Part shown: positions 13,943-26,088 of the stretch, in pieces
How positions within the stretch are numbered: the stretch's first letter is position 1
Layout of the letters: every line of letters starts with the position of its first letter
Assembly (NCBI RefSeq): GCF_006345805.1
Contig: NC_042998.1
Coordinates: 125,984,001-126,048,000, forward strand
Length of the DNA: 64,000 bases
Direction of reading: 5' to 3'
From: Octopus sinensis
Lineage: Eukaryota
Notes under the pieces: generated by a model
What the model was told of the DNA's origin: nothing
Seen by the model: only the letters and a program-made list of their open reading frames with translations
Databases searched by the model: none
Made by a program: the position numbers and the translations under genes

Positions 13943-14794
13943 GCCAAAATTGAGGAAGAACAAGTTTTACATCGCACAAACCATTAATTCATGCTTTTAG
14001 ATTGGAAATAGCAATGGAAACTGCGCCTGTTTTTGGATACATTTCCATGTAGTATTGATTTTCTAATTTCTAACAGATAGATTTTGTATGACTCAGTTTC
14101 TATAAGAATTTGGACTACCTTATAATTAGTTTTAATGCTATCATAGAAGGTATAAGGGGCTCTATATCAGACTATACAGTCGTCAGAGAAATAGACTGAA
14201 GGAGACACTTTATGATGTGGAGCAGAAAAGATGTAGCCACCAGACGGATAGATAATAGCCCAGTCTTCCACCCATGTATGCTTTCGACAAACATCAGTTT
14301 GAACTGGACATGAGATATGAGTGTGGATCTCCAAGTTGCCATAGAAAAATCATGTTGATAGAGTGTCAGTTTTGGTAAAGTAAGTTAATTTTCAATCGTA
14401 CGTTTTGTTTTAATCAGAATTTGTAAGCTGGATGATCGAATGCGCTCAAGTGTACGTAATCTTTGATAGCCAACCTCAGATATCTTGTTTTAAAGATAGG
14501 TGTAGGTATATGTCAGTAACTTTTAACCTTGAAAACAGCATCTCAGACTCACATGAGTTTTATATGAGAGAGGTGAACCCTCATCTCACCAGGAGCCGTG
14601 ATATTTTTTACAACACATCAAGAGTAAAATTTAGCATGTAATTGAGAGATTTTTGGTAGCAATAAATTCCTTATCTTATTTATTACTATTTCGTGCTTTC
14701 TGATTATTTATAAAAATGTCATACAAGCTTTATGAAAATAATTTTATGAAAATAATGTAACTGATTGTTTGTTTGTTTTTTTGTGGTTATGTAG

Positions 14795-14811
14795 TGATTA
14801 TTTCCCTGGAG
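14795..14811 (+). CDS. Candidate 17-nt LOXL microexon (xDYFPG + phase-1 G)
   Basis: T-rich tract, then gtag|TGATTATTTCCCTGGAG|gtactt. The phase-1 end joins 15586 to give DYFPGVYKLKVEFRC, which parallels NYYGGSELDKLFARIRC of the second SRCR. The donor is weak and there is no transcript evidence. Confidence 0.4.
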
Positions 14812-15585
14812 GTACTTTTCAAGTGGCAACAATAAATAAATAAGCACTTAAACATTGTATAAATTCGAATGAAATATCACATTGCACTAACTTCGCCTTC
14901 TCATTCCCGTGACCCTAATCTATAACGGTTTGAATGTGGTTCCATTTACATAGGACTCCTGTGCGAAATCAAGAGGAATTTAAATATTTAAGAGAGTTTT
15001 GTTGATTCTTTTTTCTTTTGTAAGAGATGGAAAAGGGATTATCATTGATTTAATTATCGGCTTATTTTCAAGGGTACTGAGTAGAAGAACGATAAAAGTC
15101 CAATCCAAAAGTTAATGTCTGTGTATATGTGGAAGGAATTGTATTCGTGGCCGAAAAAGACATTCATGGGGTTGTAGATGTTCTGTGGGTGATTAATTTA
15201 ATACCGGTCAACGTAGAATCAAGTCTCCAGTCTAAAACACAACCAAAGTATAGCAGCGAATCTGAAATCGCATTTCTGGGAAAGTCGTAATTTCCAAGTT
15301 TCTTTGTTTCAGTAAATTGTGTGAAGTCATGCATTTGTTTTTTTTAATTTTTAATCCTATGCACAAACAGATTTTAAAAAAGAAAAGAAAGATGAAAGAC
15401 GTTTTCTTACATCGCTGTGTGCCACCATCTTGAAGCACTTTTCTGTTATTTGTAGAGTGTTTCTGTACAATTACAGTATCTCGAATTGAACTGAATTTAA
15501 ATGCTTGATAAAATGTTTGGGTTTTTTTTCTGTATATATTTCATATTTTTCTTATATTTTCCATTTTTCTGTTGTTTAATTACAG

Positions 15586-16271
15586 TCTATAAACTGAAAG
15601 TCGAATTCAGATGCCGTGGAAACGAGGATACGCTGTTAAAATGTCCGAGAAGAATTCGTCGCAACCCTTTAATGAAAGTGTCTTGTGCAGCGCGCCACGT
15701 TTCAGCTGGTGTGGTATGTAAAAAACCACGAGTGGTGAGAACTACGACCAAAGCCACAACAACTCCAATACCAACAACAACTCCAATACCAACAACGATC
15801 CCACCTAGAATAACTGTGGGGACAACAAAATCAAACACTATCGATAGCGACAAAAGTCGTTTCAATTCGAATAAAAACGTTACTACTATCTTGCACGCAC
15901 TCGCTGCCAATAGGAGCGAGCCAAAAATTCGCCTGAACGAAGAAAATAATCTGAAAGATGATCGCAACGTGTTAAAAGATGAACGCAAACACATCGCTGG
16001 TAATACAGAAGGAAGCTCAACATCAGACAACAATGAATTTACGAAAAAGAAAAAAGGAGAAGAAGAGGAGGAAGAGAAAAAAGAGGAAAAAAGTGAAGAG
16101 AATACTAAGGAAAATACAAGTGAAAACAGTGAAAAGGAGGTCACAGAAGAAACAGAAGAAACAAAAGTAGATCTACTGAAGAAAATTGCCAAAAATGAAG
16201 TAACAGAAGAAAAACCAGAAGATATTAAAGAAAGTGCGGTTGACCAATCGAAAGATCACCAAGAGAAAGAG
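15586..16271 (+). CDS. LOXL: LOXL exon: C-terminal half of an SRCR domain plus Thr/Pro-rich and Glu/Lys-rich linker
   Basis: Acceptor ...ttaattacag|TC (phase 1). Translation YKLKVEFRCRGNEDTLLKCPRRIRRNPLMKVSCAARHVSAGVVC fits the SRCR C-G-x-E-x2-L-x2-C...C...AGVVC pattern. Ends GAG|gtgagt (phase 0), matching the next exon. Lies within ORF 15501..16346. Confidence 0.88.
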
Positions 16272-18242
16272 GTGAGTGTTGTGAGTTTAGTTCTTAATAA
16301 CATCAACATCAAAAACAATTACACTAACCACAATAATTACTTTTGACAAGATATAGTCTATAAGTGCCAGTGATATGCAGGTCTTGTGTATAATACCACA
16401 GTTGTTGTTTGGCATTTGATCGAACAGACCTACGATCAAAGACATTCCAACTGAGATCCTCCTGTCCTTTTTTCATGTATCTGTGACTTTCCCTTTTTAA
16501 GATAGCTAGGTGTGATTTGAAGAATATTTGGGTGACATTTCTGTAATATAGTAGTAGCTGATGGAAATTGCCATAAGTTGCTGAGAAGGTCGAATGAGAC
16601 CGAAACATTTCTAAAATTGTCTCTCTACTTACCAAAAAGCAGATCAAATTAATATCAGTCCTCAAGCTAATCTACATGCGCAATGTAATTTGAATTAATT
16701 AAACTGCGTGCGAAATACTAATTTTAATTAATTTAAATTTCAGTGTTATCGTTTTTCTCCTTAACCGATTTTGATTAACATGACTCATTGAACCAATGTT
16801 TCCTTGCAGCAGAAGTTATTTCAAAGAATTTGAAGCATTTAGTTTGCGACATCGTGTAAGCATTTACTGAAATTATAACACAGCAATTTGGTTTCGTATT
16901 TAGTAAAAAAAAAAAAAAGAAAAAATGATGAGTACGTTAAAATCTTATCCACACTTCAAGATATATACTGTAGTTAGTTTTGAACTAAAAATAGCAGGCA
17001 AGTAATAAATACAGAGTTAGGTATATTAAAACGTCCGGCGAGTTAAGTCAGCAACATTGTTTCTACTTAACAGTTGCAATAATTTCCCTTTATTTTTATT
17101 ACCTATGAAAATCATTTCAGTTTTCTCATATCTCATATCTTTCAAAAAGATATGAATGCTATATTATCTGGCTTCCTTTTCTCTATGAATATCGATGGCT
17201 TTCTGGGGAGCAGAGACTAGATGCCCCGTCTGTAATAACTCGAATAAAAGCAGAAAGAGGAAACGGCCATTTTGTAGGCCAAAGATTGGTGTAACTTCAA
17301 ATCAATCAGATGAATGGCCTCCGAATGCGATCTAGGATATCTGTGTGTGGCAACATTATCCTCCTAGATGTAGAAGCAATGCCCTATTGACGAAAAAGTA
17401 TTAAATCACCTTAGAATATTAACTACATATGAATGGTTTCTTCTCTTTTGCTTCTTGGAATAACCAGTTTTTCACGGTCTAGAAACCTGGAAATTTCTAT
17501 TAAATCAGCTTAGATTTGATTTGACACGTTCACCCATGTGTTGCTTGGGAATCCCGTGGAAATTTGACACTTAATCTGTAAAATAAGATTTCAGCTTCCT
17601 CATTCAACAGATTTCCGTTGTTCTAAACGAGGGAAATACGTCCGTTTATAGAAATCTGGTTCTAATTCGGGGAACCTATTCTGCGGGAAAAGATAGAAGA
17701 TACAAATATAGAAACAATTTTACTGATATAGAAACAATTTTACTGAAATAGAAACACAGCTGAACATTTATTGTATTTTAGAATATCAGAAAATAAATTC
17801 ATCTGCAAATACTATTAAAGCAATGTCGGTCATTGTATAGAATTCTTGTGAAGAAAAACCTTAGAGAAAAATGTTGAAAGTATTATTTTTCAGAGGTATG
17901 TTTTTCATTTGTTTGTTTTTTATTCATTTATTCATAGTTTTTTACCTTAATAGTGCTTGCGAACTTTCTCGACTTTTCCTTGTCAAATTGTTTTGATTAA
18001 AAAGCTTAAGTGAAGAAACATTTATCAAAATGTTGTTCCTATCAGAGGCATAGTAAATCTCTTTAACATGAGAAACAGAAAATATGAATTTCCTTATATA
18101 TATGCATGTGTATATGTAGTCGAGTTTACAAAAACAAGCAACACTCGTATAGACACATGCATACACGCACGCGTGTGTGTGAGAGAGAGTGTGTGTGCAT
18201 GTATGCATGTGTGTATATATGTGTGTGTGTGTGTGTGTGTGT

Positions 18243-18292
<50 letters not shown>

Positions 18293-18854
18293 GTATATGT
18301 GTGTGTGTGTGTGTGTGTGTCTGTGTCTGTGTGAATGTGTGAATGTGTGTCTGTGTGAGTGTATATGTGTCTGTGTGTGTGTGTTGTCAATTTGTATTTT
18401 TTATTCCATATCCCGGCATAAATATAGCTTACTGGCAACTAACTTCTCATAGATACAATACATTAAACAAAAAGTCTTCAGGAGTGCTCGAACTATTAAA
18501 TGGCTATGGATTAAATCCTAGTCTTACATGCAATAAACTGAAGTTTAACTACGATGGTATTACTGCAGATAGTCGAGATCTTCGGAAATATTCTAGGGCT
18601 CAGTTCCTGAAGGGAATGACATTGCTTTTTATTCTGTTAGGGTTAATAACATAACAACTAAACATATGTAGAGGCGTTGATCTTAATTTTTGGCATAGCA
18701 CCAGAGAAAAAAATCAATATTTACAACGAATATTTAGAATTATTTATAATAACCTTTCTACTATAGGAACAAGGCCTGAAACCTTAGAGGTAGGTGGCTA
18801 CTTGAATACATCGACCCTAGTGTTCGACTGGTACTTAATTTATCAACCTGAATA

Positions 18855-19480
18855 ACACCATTCATGAGTATCAGGTTCCTAAGGCGAGGTGGCAAGGCTC
18901 CTAAGACGACAGAAGGGGATCCGTTTTCTATTTTGCATCCTGCCTCAGATTGGTAGATGCAAATGGGCCTGGAGTGCAGATTCGTCTTCCCTGGGGTGCC
19001 AACGGCAACATCACTTCAACTAGACATGTATCTCAACCCTAAAAGTGCAAAAACAATCATCGTGGTTGAACCAACAGTGCTCTGGAAGGACAGACTCAAC
19101 ATTTCTTGTCAGTTAAAGAAAATCAAATATCAGGACAAGACACTTGATGAACAGGACACTTGCTAATGGATGGCACTTTGCCTCACTCCCTACTGAAGTC
19201 AATTGCTGCGACTTTCCAGCCACCCAGGAGATAGGCATGTTAGCTGAAACCAGCTCAAGGTAGCTGCAGTTGACAAGGGACCTTACAAAGAATCCCTCTG
19301 CAGGAGAAGATTCATTAATTGCCCCGCTGACCCACTCAGGGCACAAGCTAAGGGGTAAAATATATAACCCTGAGATATTGCTGAAGATACTGATGGGTTT
19401 CCAATATTGCGATGTATTCAGAAGAGCTTGCAGTACTTCTGAATAGCCCCCGCAATTTCTGTGTGGAGCAATCCCCAATA
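18855..19480 (+). mobile_element. 3' fragment of R2-Hero-like LINE (restriction-like endonuclease domain), degenerate
   Basis: DW*MQMGLECRFVFPGVPTATSLQLDMYLNPKSAKTIIVVEPTVLWKDR..KKIKYQD...W...LPTEVNCCDFP resembles the Hero-type REL (SLRPD..IELTVPWEE..KY..PVEVGCRGF). Stops are present. Confidence 0.65.
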
Positions 19481-20179
19481 TTTAAACGGAAGAGAAAACA
19501 CGAAAAGAGAAACGAATAGTGTAGAGGCGGTACTTGAGCATTCCTTTAATTTTTATGTCTGAAACAAGTCTTCTACCATCTCCTCTCCACATACACACAC
19601 AAACTTTAGCAGTATAAAAGATGTTTTGGTGAGATGTAAATGTAACTTATATTTATTTTATTTTATTTATTTAGTCTATTTTTAATTCTATTAAACGTTG
19701 TGTTTATATAAGTACAATAGGGGAGAGAGAAAAGGAGAAACACGTTGATAGAAGGATGGTTGAAATAGAGGAAGGAGGTTATATGTTAGTATTAACTAAA
19801 ATTATACAATTCTAATAGAAACTCTTGAATTCATTCACTTATTTAATGGAGGAGTATGGTGCGTATTAGCTGTTGATTAAATTATTCTTATGTCAAAGAA
19901 GTTGGTGTATTAAGACAGGAATTTAAAAGAAAACGGAGTTATGATATGTTAAGTTAAGATATGGAGTTTTAAGAGATACTGAAACGTATGTTGATATTTA
20001 GGTGCTATCTAATACAAGAATTAAATATATTATCCGTTTTTGTTTGTATCTTGATGACTGAACATTATAAATAACATCTTAGTGATTTGTAAACAAACCT
20101 TACATTTTTATATTCTAAATTTGTATAGTTTGTGTAATTCACAGGTTCTTCTTTCAAAGATGATTCTTTTGGGACCAAA

Positions 20180-20860
20180 ATTTGTAACATTAATATTTGT
20201 TTCAAATTTTAGCACAAGGCCAATAATTTAGGTAGAGGGATTAAACCGATTAGATCGACCTCAATGCAAAACTGATACTTATTTTATCGGCTGTGAAAGG
20301 CAAAGTCGACCTCGGCGGAATTTGAACTCAAAACGTAAAGGCGAACGAAATACCGCTACGCATTTTGCCCAGCGAGCTAACGACTCATGCCAGCTCGCCG
20401 CTTTATTTGTAGTGTATTAATATTGGTTTAAAAGCCAGCAATGTCCGGGGAGGGGGGTAAGTCGATTACATCGACTTCAGTGTTCAACTGGTACTCATTT
20501 CATCTAACCCGAAAGGCTGAAAAGCAAAGTCGACTTCGGTAGAATCGAACTCTGATCGTAAAGCTGGAAGAAATACCGCTAAGCATTTTGTCCGCCGCTT
20601 TATTTGTTGCGTTGATATTGGTTCCAAATTTTGGCACAAGGCCAGTAAGTTCGGTGGGAGGGGTAAGTGGATTACATCGACCTCAGTGTTCAACTGGCAC
20701 TTATTTTAAAGACTTAGAGAGGATGAAAGGTAACGTCGACCTCGGCGATATTTGAACTCAGAACGTGCAGACGGATGAGATACCCCTAAGGATTTCGTCC
20801 AATATGTTAACGTTTCTGCCAGCTCGCCGCCTTATTTGTAGCATTATTATTGGTTGCTGC
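20180..20860 (-). mobile_element. Three tandem family A SINE units (~210 bp each)
   Basis: Three reverse-strand copies, each joined by a similar ttatttgtwgyrtt..atattggtt spacer. Confidence 0.85.
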
Positions 20861-21504
20861 TTTTGGCGGATATAGGATGAATGATTTTGAAATATGTTTA
20901 TTTCCCTCCCGGAACTAGGTGATTTGTTAGGTGGAAGTAATGAAGACGATAATGTGCTTTGAAGATCAGTATTAACATTCACACCTATATAAATGCACAT
21001 TCTTACCCCTATACTTATAGTTAAAGATATCCGCATTCGCACATCGCTCAATCATTCACACATACCATACGCAATTTTTTTAATGAAAGTGGCTAAAATG
21101 CTTGAAAATACGTACAAAATAGACAGGCATAACTCATACTCATACGTACATACGAGTAAACACATGGAATAACTTAACTTCTTGGATGTAACTCTACACT
21201 TTACCATAATTCATTGTACTATTCATTCGCAAATCTAATGAAACTCTAACATATATACAAAATCTGTCATAATATAATTATATAAGCACCACTGTCTGGA
21301 GATGTCGAGGTGCTGCTGCCAAGATTAGATTCACACCCCCAATACATTACCCACATTCTATTTTAATTAATTTTCATAATAAATTTATTCCACTCTTTAA
21401 ATTATCCTTATTATTACTTCCCAACACAGAACATCACTAATTTCCACAGATTCTACGTATTTTAGTATATTCAACTGTACGTCTACGTGTGAGTGTGTCT
21501 ATGT

Positions 21505-21840
21505 ACACGGATCTCCGTCGGATTCGACAATGAGTATTCACTTTTTCTGAGCTAGCAGTTCATTGAATTAGCATGTAAACGGCACTCTACAGGCACTTGT
21601 ACCTTTCACGTAATTCTCAGGCAGAATCAGCATAATGCAGTGTGACTAAGCTAGGCCTTAAACTACAGTTAACCCATCCAACGAGTTACTACGCAGTTTA
21701 CGTCTACCCAATTTCACTCATATGGTTTGGGTCAATCTTAAAGACACTTGCTCAAGATGCCATTCAATGGAACCGAACTTAGAGCCTCGTGATTGGGAAG
21801 TGGAATTATTCGCCATTCGCCCACGCTGCGTTCACATCTA
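21505..21840 (-). mobile_element. Old diverged SINE copy related to families B/C
   Basis: Reverse-strand similarity to the 10472 SINE body (ttgcacgttaatt / agaactacgt / gcaagacac-like segments) plus a tRNA-like head. Confidence 0.55.
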
Positions 21841-22469
21841 TATACACGTGTATCGAACGTGTATGTCTACTTATGTGCATTATAAGCCCAACACGAATAC
21901 CGAAACACGTGTACATGTTTTAACAGCTATCTCCTTGCTGTATTGTTATTATAACAGTCTTTTTTTTCTTTAAATTTCTTCAACGAAATCCCATGAGGAA
22001 ATACTTATATAACATTGATATAGTTCTGTGGGCTGGTTAGAATAATCAAAACACTACTCTCAGACTAATTGTTATCAGGAACGTAAGAATTGATCTAGTA
22101 AATTTCAAATCTGTATGTGTTGTCACACCCCACCACATTCCCTCTCTCTTTTTCTTTCTCTGTCTATCTGTCTCTCTATCTCTATCTATCTATCTCTTTC
22201 TCTTTCCCTCGCCCTTCCCCCCTTTCTCTCTTTCTATTCCTCGCGCTGCATGCCTCTGTTTTTTGTCTGTCGCTGTAATTATATAATAATTTCTCCTTCT
22301 CCCTCAGTTTATGTTACTTATAGGATATCTCGGTCTCTCTCTTTCTCTATCTATCTATCTTTCTTTCTTTCTGTCTCTCTCTCCATCTATCTATCTATCT
22401 TTCTATCTTTCTATCTATCTATCTTTCTATCTATCTATCTTTCTATCTATCTATCTGTCTGTCTGTCTG

Positions 22470-22523
<54 letters not shown>

Positions 22524-22789
22524 AATGTGTGTGAATGTGTGTATGTGTGCCTCCATTGTCCCTCTACCCTTCTTAGCTTCTACACATTCTCTTACATCTC
22601 ATTAATTCTGCTCCCATCCATTTGTCTGTTGCTTTCTCTTTCTTTCTCCAAACACCTTCTTTCAGTATTCCTCTCACTCTATCTCTATCTCTCTATTTCT
22701 ATCTCTCGCTTCTACTTTCTCTTTCCTATCTCTCTCTCTCCCAGCAACATTTTCGTTTGGTCGTTATAGATCAAAGGTCACAATATATG

Positions 22790-23147
22790 TAGGTTTTGCT
22801 AAGAAACATGCTTTCCAACCACATGGTTCCGGGTTCAGTCCCACTACGTGGTACCTTGGGCAAGTGTCTTTTACTATAGCCTCGTGCCGACCAAAGCCTT
22901 CTGAGCGGATTTGGTAGAAGAAACTAAAGAAACCCGTCGTGAGGTTGTGTGTGTTTGTGTCTGTGTTTGTCCCCCACCACCGCTTGACAATCGGTGCTGG
23001 TTTGTTTACGTCCCCGTAACTTAGCGGTTCGGCAGTGAGACCGAAATAATAAGTGCCAGGGTCAATTCATTCGACTAAAATTCTTCAAAGCGGTGCCCCA
23101 GCATGGCCACAGTCTAATGACTGAAACAGGTAAAAGATAAAAGATAA
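22790..23147 (+). mobile_element. tRNA-derived SINE (family B), near full length
   Basis: Head ...ccacatggttccgggttcagtcccact (B box), body ttgggcaagtgtc...ccccgtaacttagcggttcggc, tail gactgaaacaggt(aaaagat)n. Confidence 0.88.
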
Positions 23148-23559
23148 GCGATATTTTGAGATCGAGAAAAGAAATCGGCCAAATGACGAGATCCAAGTCA
23201 CGTATCTATCGCTTGCCCCGTGATCTTGTTACCAATTACATCACATAGCACCTGCTTTATTTATTTTGCTAACAAAGGAGTTAGGATACCTTGGTGTCAA
23301 TCCCTTTATCTTGGGATGGGAAAATAAGATTTGTTTTGTTAATATATTTTAAAATTGAAAACTTTATCTTGTAGGGCTGTTCTTTGGTGTAAAAATATAA
23401 AACTAGTTGCCTTCTTTATTCGTTTACAAATGGCTCATGTTTTTGTGCTTATTTACTATTGATTCAATATGGCAAGGTCTTCGAGCGCAGGAAGATGTGC
23501 TATTTACAAACGTAGTAACAACGAATAATCCACTACAAAAAGGAAATCAGAAGTTCTCT

Positions 23560-24700
23560 GATAAATAGAAATAAAAAAAAATTAAAATGACAATTGAACA
23601 GACACAACAGTAAAACAAACGTTCCCACATGTGACGATAACGCACACTTCATCAATGAGGGCAACAGAAACGGTGACACATCTTTTGCTAGCGTTTCAAA
23701 CTAGAAGGAAACACTGGAAATAGGTAAACTTTCTGAAAAAGACATGGAAGAGGTGTATAATTCGAAAAGTAATGCCTTTCTGCCCGAGTAATTCCCACGG
23801 GAAGAGGAAAGAAAAGTAGGCACTTCACTCTGTTTTTCAAAAAATTTTAGAAGGCTTCCATATACTCTCGAAGGACTTAAAGGAAGCTGTGGCCAGTGTA
23901 TGGTAGGATGTGTACTCCTTCGATCGGAGTAGGGTGTACAAAGTTGTTAGCCTGGTCTTTAAAACTAAGAACAAAGCAGAAACAGGTGGAGATTGTGCAT
24001 CACATACCTACCTACTGGTGAGATCCACAGTATATAAGGACACGAAACACAAGGTTTACGTCGAAAGACATTGGTACAGACGTCAACTCCTGACTGGCCG
24101 TTATTTAACACTAAACAGACCGGCGATGAGCGTGGAGATAATATTAAGATTTGGTCTGGTAGCGTTTGCATAAACAAGTAGATTCTCATGAACCGCGAAG
24201 ACTGCAAGGATATTCCGCCGTTATACCCTACTATGAAAGCAGAGAGGAAAGCAATCGGGTGGTATTTTGGGACAGAAATCCTAGTTGTAGTAGTAAGAAT
24301 CATTTGAGGGTTTTCTGTCCGGTGGAGGAAGAAAAGCATGAGAGGAAAGAGAGTAAGGGATAACAGCAAAAGCAGCAATAATAACAGCAGGGTCCCAAGC
24401 TTTTTCCAGAACACTACTGGTTGCAATTCCGAGGATATCCAAAACGGAAGATATCTCACCTTGAGTACCATGTGCACCACTGGCCGACAAAAATGTAGTT
24501 ACTAAAAATCTGAAGTATTCATTCCCTCAATACAGAACCAGCCAGTATCGTAATCAGCAGTGCTAACCCTTTGTCTTGCAGGATGCGAATGTAAAGGGGG
24601 AAGAAGAGGAGTACCAATTTATATGGAACAGCAAAAATAAAGGCACAGAAAACAGAATATTAACCTGATCAACAGCAAATAAGACGCACGAAAGGATTCC
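23560..24700 (+). mobile_element. Highly decayed LINE remnant, possibly R4/Dong zinc-knuckle/REL region
   Basis: GC-richer non-repetitive block. ESNRVVFWD at ~24246-24272 resembles the ENE..KILWD motif preceding REL domains. Weak and frameshifted. Confidence 0.35.
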
Positions 24701-24772
24701 TCTCCTACGCTCGGGACTACGTTAGATTTACGGTTGTCCCGAATCACCAATAATTGGATGTATCTACTAAAC

Positions 24773-25010
24773 CAGTACTACTCAAAGTGGTAGTCCGCGA
24801 TCCGGTGCCGGTCCGCGGCGAGTTTCCAGAAAAGAAAGAAACATTATAAAATGCTTATGTAATATTGTATTATTTGTCTACAAAATAAATATAAGATAAA
24901 AAAAATTGTTTCCGGTATAAATTAATATTACTAAAAAATATTACCGGTCCTTGGCACATTGGGGGAAAAAAACTGCCGGTACGCCACATCAGATAGTTTG
25001 AGAAGCACTG
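24773..25010. mobile_element. hAT (Charlie-like) MITE, 238 bp, 8-bp TSD
   Basis: TIRs CAGTACTACTCAAAGT / AGTTTGAGAAGCACTG, flanked by identical TACTAAAC at 24765-24772 and 25011-25018. Confidence 0.9.
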
Positions 25011-25949
25011 TACTAAACGACCCACAGGCTGACGAAAGACCCTCTGCTGATTAAAGAGTACCTGTGTCCGAATTTAAAGAACACTTAAATGACAGATTAT
25101 TGATTAAAACTACAATGATATTCTACACACACCTTAGTTGTGCACCCAAGACGACGTGGATTACTTCTCGCCTTATCCGACATCTGAGATCCTCACATGC
25201 ACTTTCATGAGGTTTAGATTGAAATATCTGAAGCAGAAGACACTTCAGCCTGGTCGTCGAGGTTGGTGGTTTCTCATCCCTGTGTGAATAACATGCCCTC
25301 ATTTGTGTGCATTTACTATTAAACCCTTAGTTAGTTACAATACTTTTCCTGATATTTACCGCTCCTTAATAATATCAATTTTTAATATTGGCGCAAAGCC
25401 ATACATTTTAAAAATTTTCATTTGAGGATTGAGGATTCGAGTCAATTAAACCGACTCGAAAAACTAACAGGTATTCTATTTTCTCGATTCCGGGAGGATG
25501 GAAGGCGAAGTTCGGGACCCACTGAAGTGATTTTTGCCTTTCGTTCTTGTGGACTGGAGAAGAAGAAAACAAGTACTGAGGTGTAATTAAATTACTTCCA
25601 CCATCATCATAGTCATTAACATTGTCATCACCACTACAACCGCTACCATCATCAGCATAATCAACATCAACAACAATAACATCAAAAACAACATCATCAA
25701 TAACAACAATTATTTCCTAGTTTCTTTCAGCAATTTCTCACGCAAAGAATTTTAAGTTATTTTTCCACGGCACGAGAAACAAGAAACTAAACATATTTAC
25801 TAATCACGTATATGTGGCAGATATTTACGACCATGCAACATCCTAATCGCGTCTGTCACAACACACTTTGGAAATAAAGAAGGCAGAAAGTTTTATATTT
25901 CTACACCCAAAAACTACTCCAAAAACACACAGCTTTCGATTTTACCTCC

Positions 25950-26007
<58 letters not shown>

Positions 26008-26049
26008 CACTCCACTTCCCTTTCTCACTATTTCTCATTCTCCACCCAT

Positions 26050-26088
<39 letters not shown>

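Noticed and set aside
14418-14422. Possible 5-nt exon (aatcag|AATTT|gtaagc)
   Set aside because: The phase would fit, but such AG/GT pairs are expected by chance and there is no supporting homology.
15501-15585. Met start and hydrophobic N-terminus of ORF 15501..16346 as a signal peptide
   Set aside because: This is the T-rich polypyrimidine tract before the acceptor at 15585. The SRCR half needs upstream exons, so the ORF start is intron read-through.
15587-16192. 201-aa minus-strand ORF
   Set aside because: Antisense shadow of the A-rich LOXL exon; S/F/L-rich with no independent features.
16272-16346. C-terminal tail VSVVSLVLNNINIKNNYTNHNNYF* of the same ORF
   Set aside because: It follows a strong gtgagt donor whose phase matches exon 36063, so I treated it as intron. 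A truncated intron-retained isoform cannot be excluded without RNA data.
16324-16665. 113-aa minus-strand ORF next to the linker exon
   Set aside because: Overlaps a minus-strand copy of dispersed repeat family F (16395-16560).
23965-24480. 171-aa minus-strand ORF
   Set aside because: Antisense to a decayed LINE-like block; no recognisable protein family.
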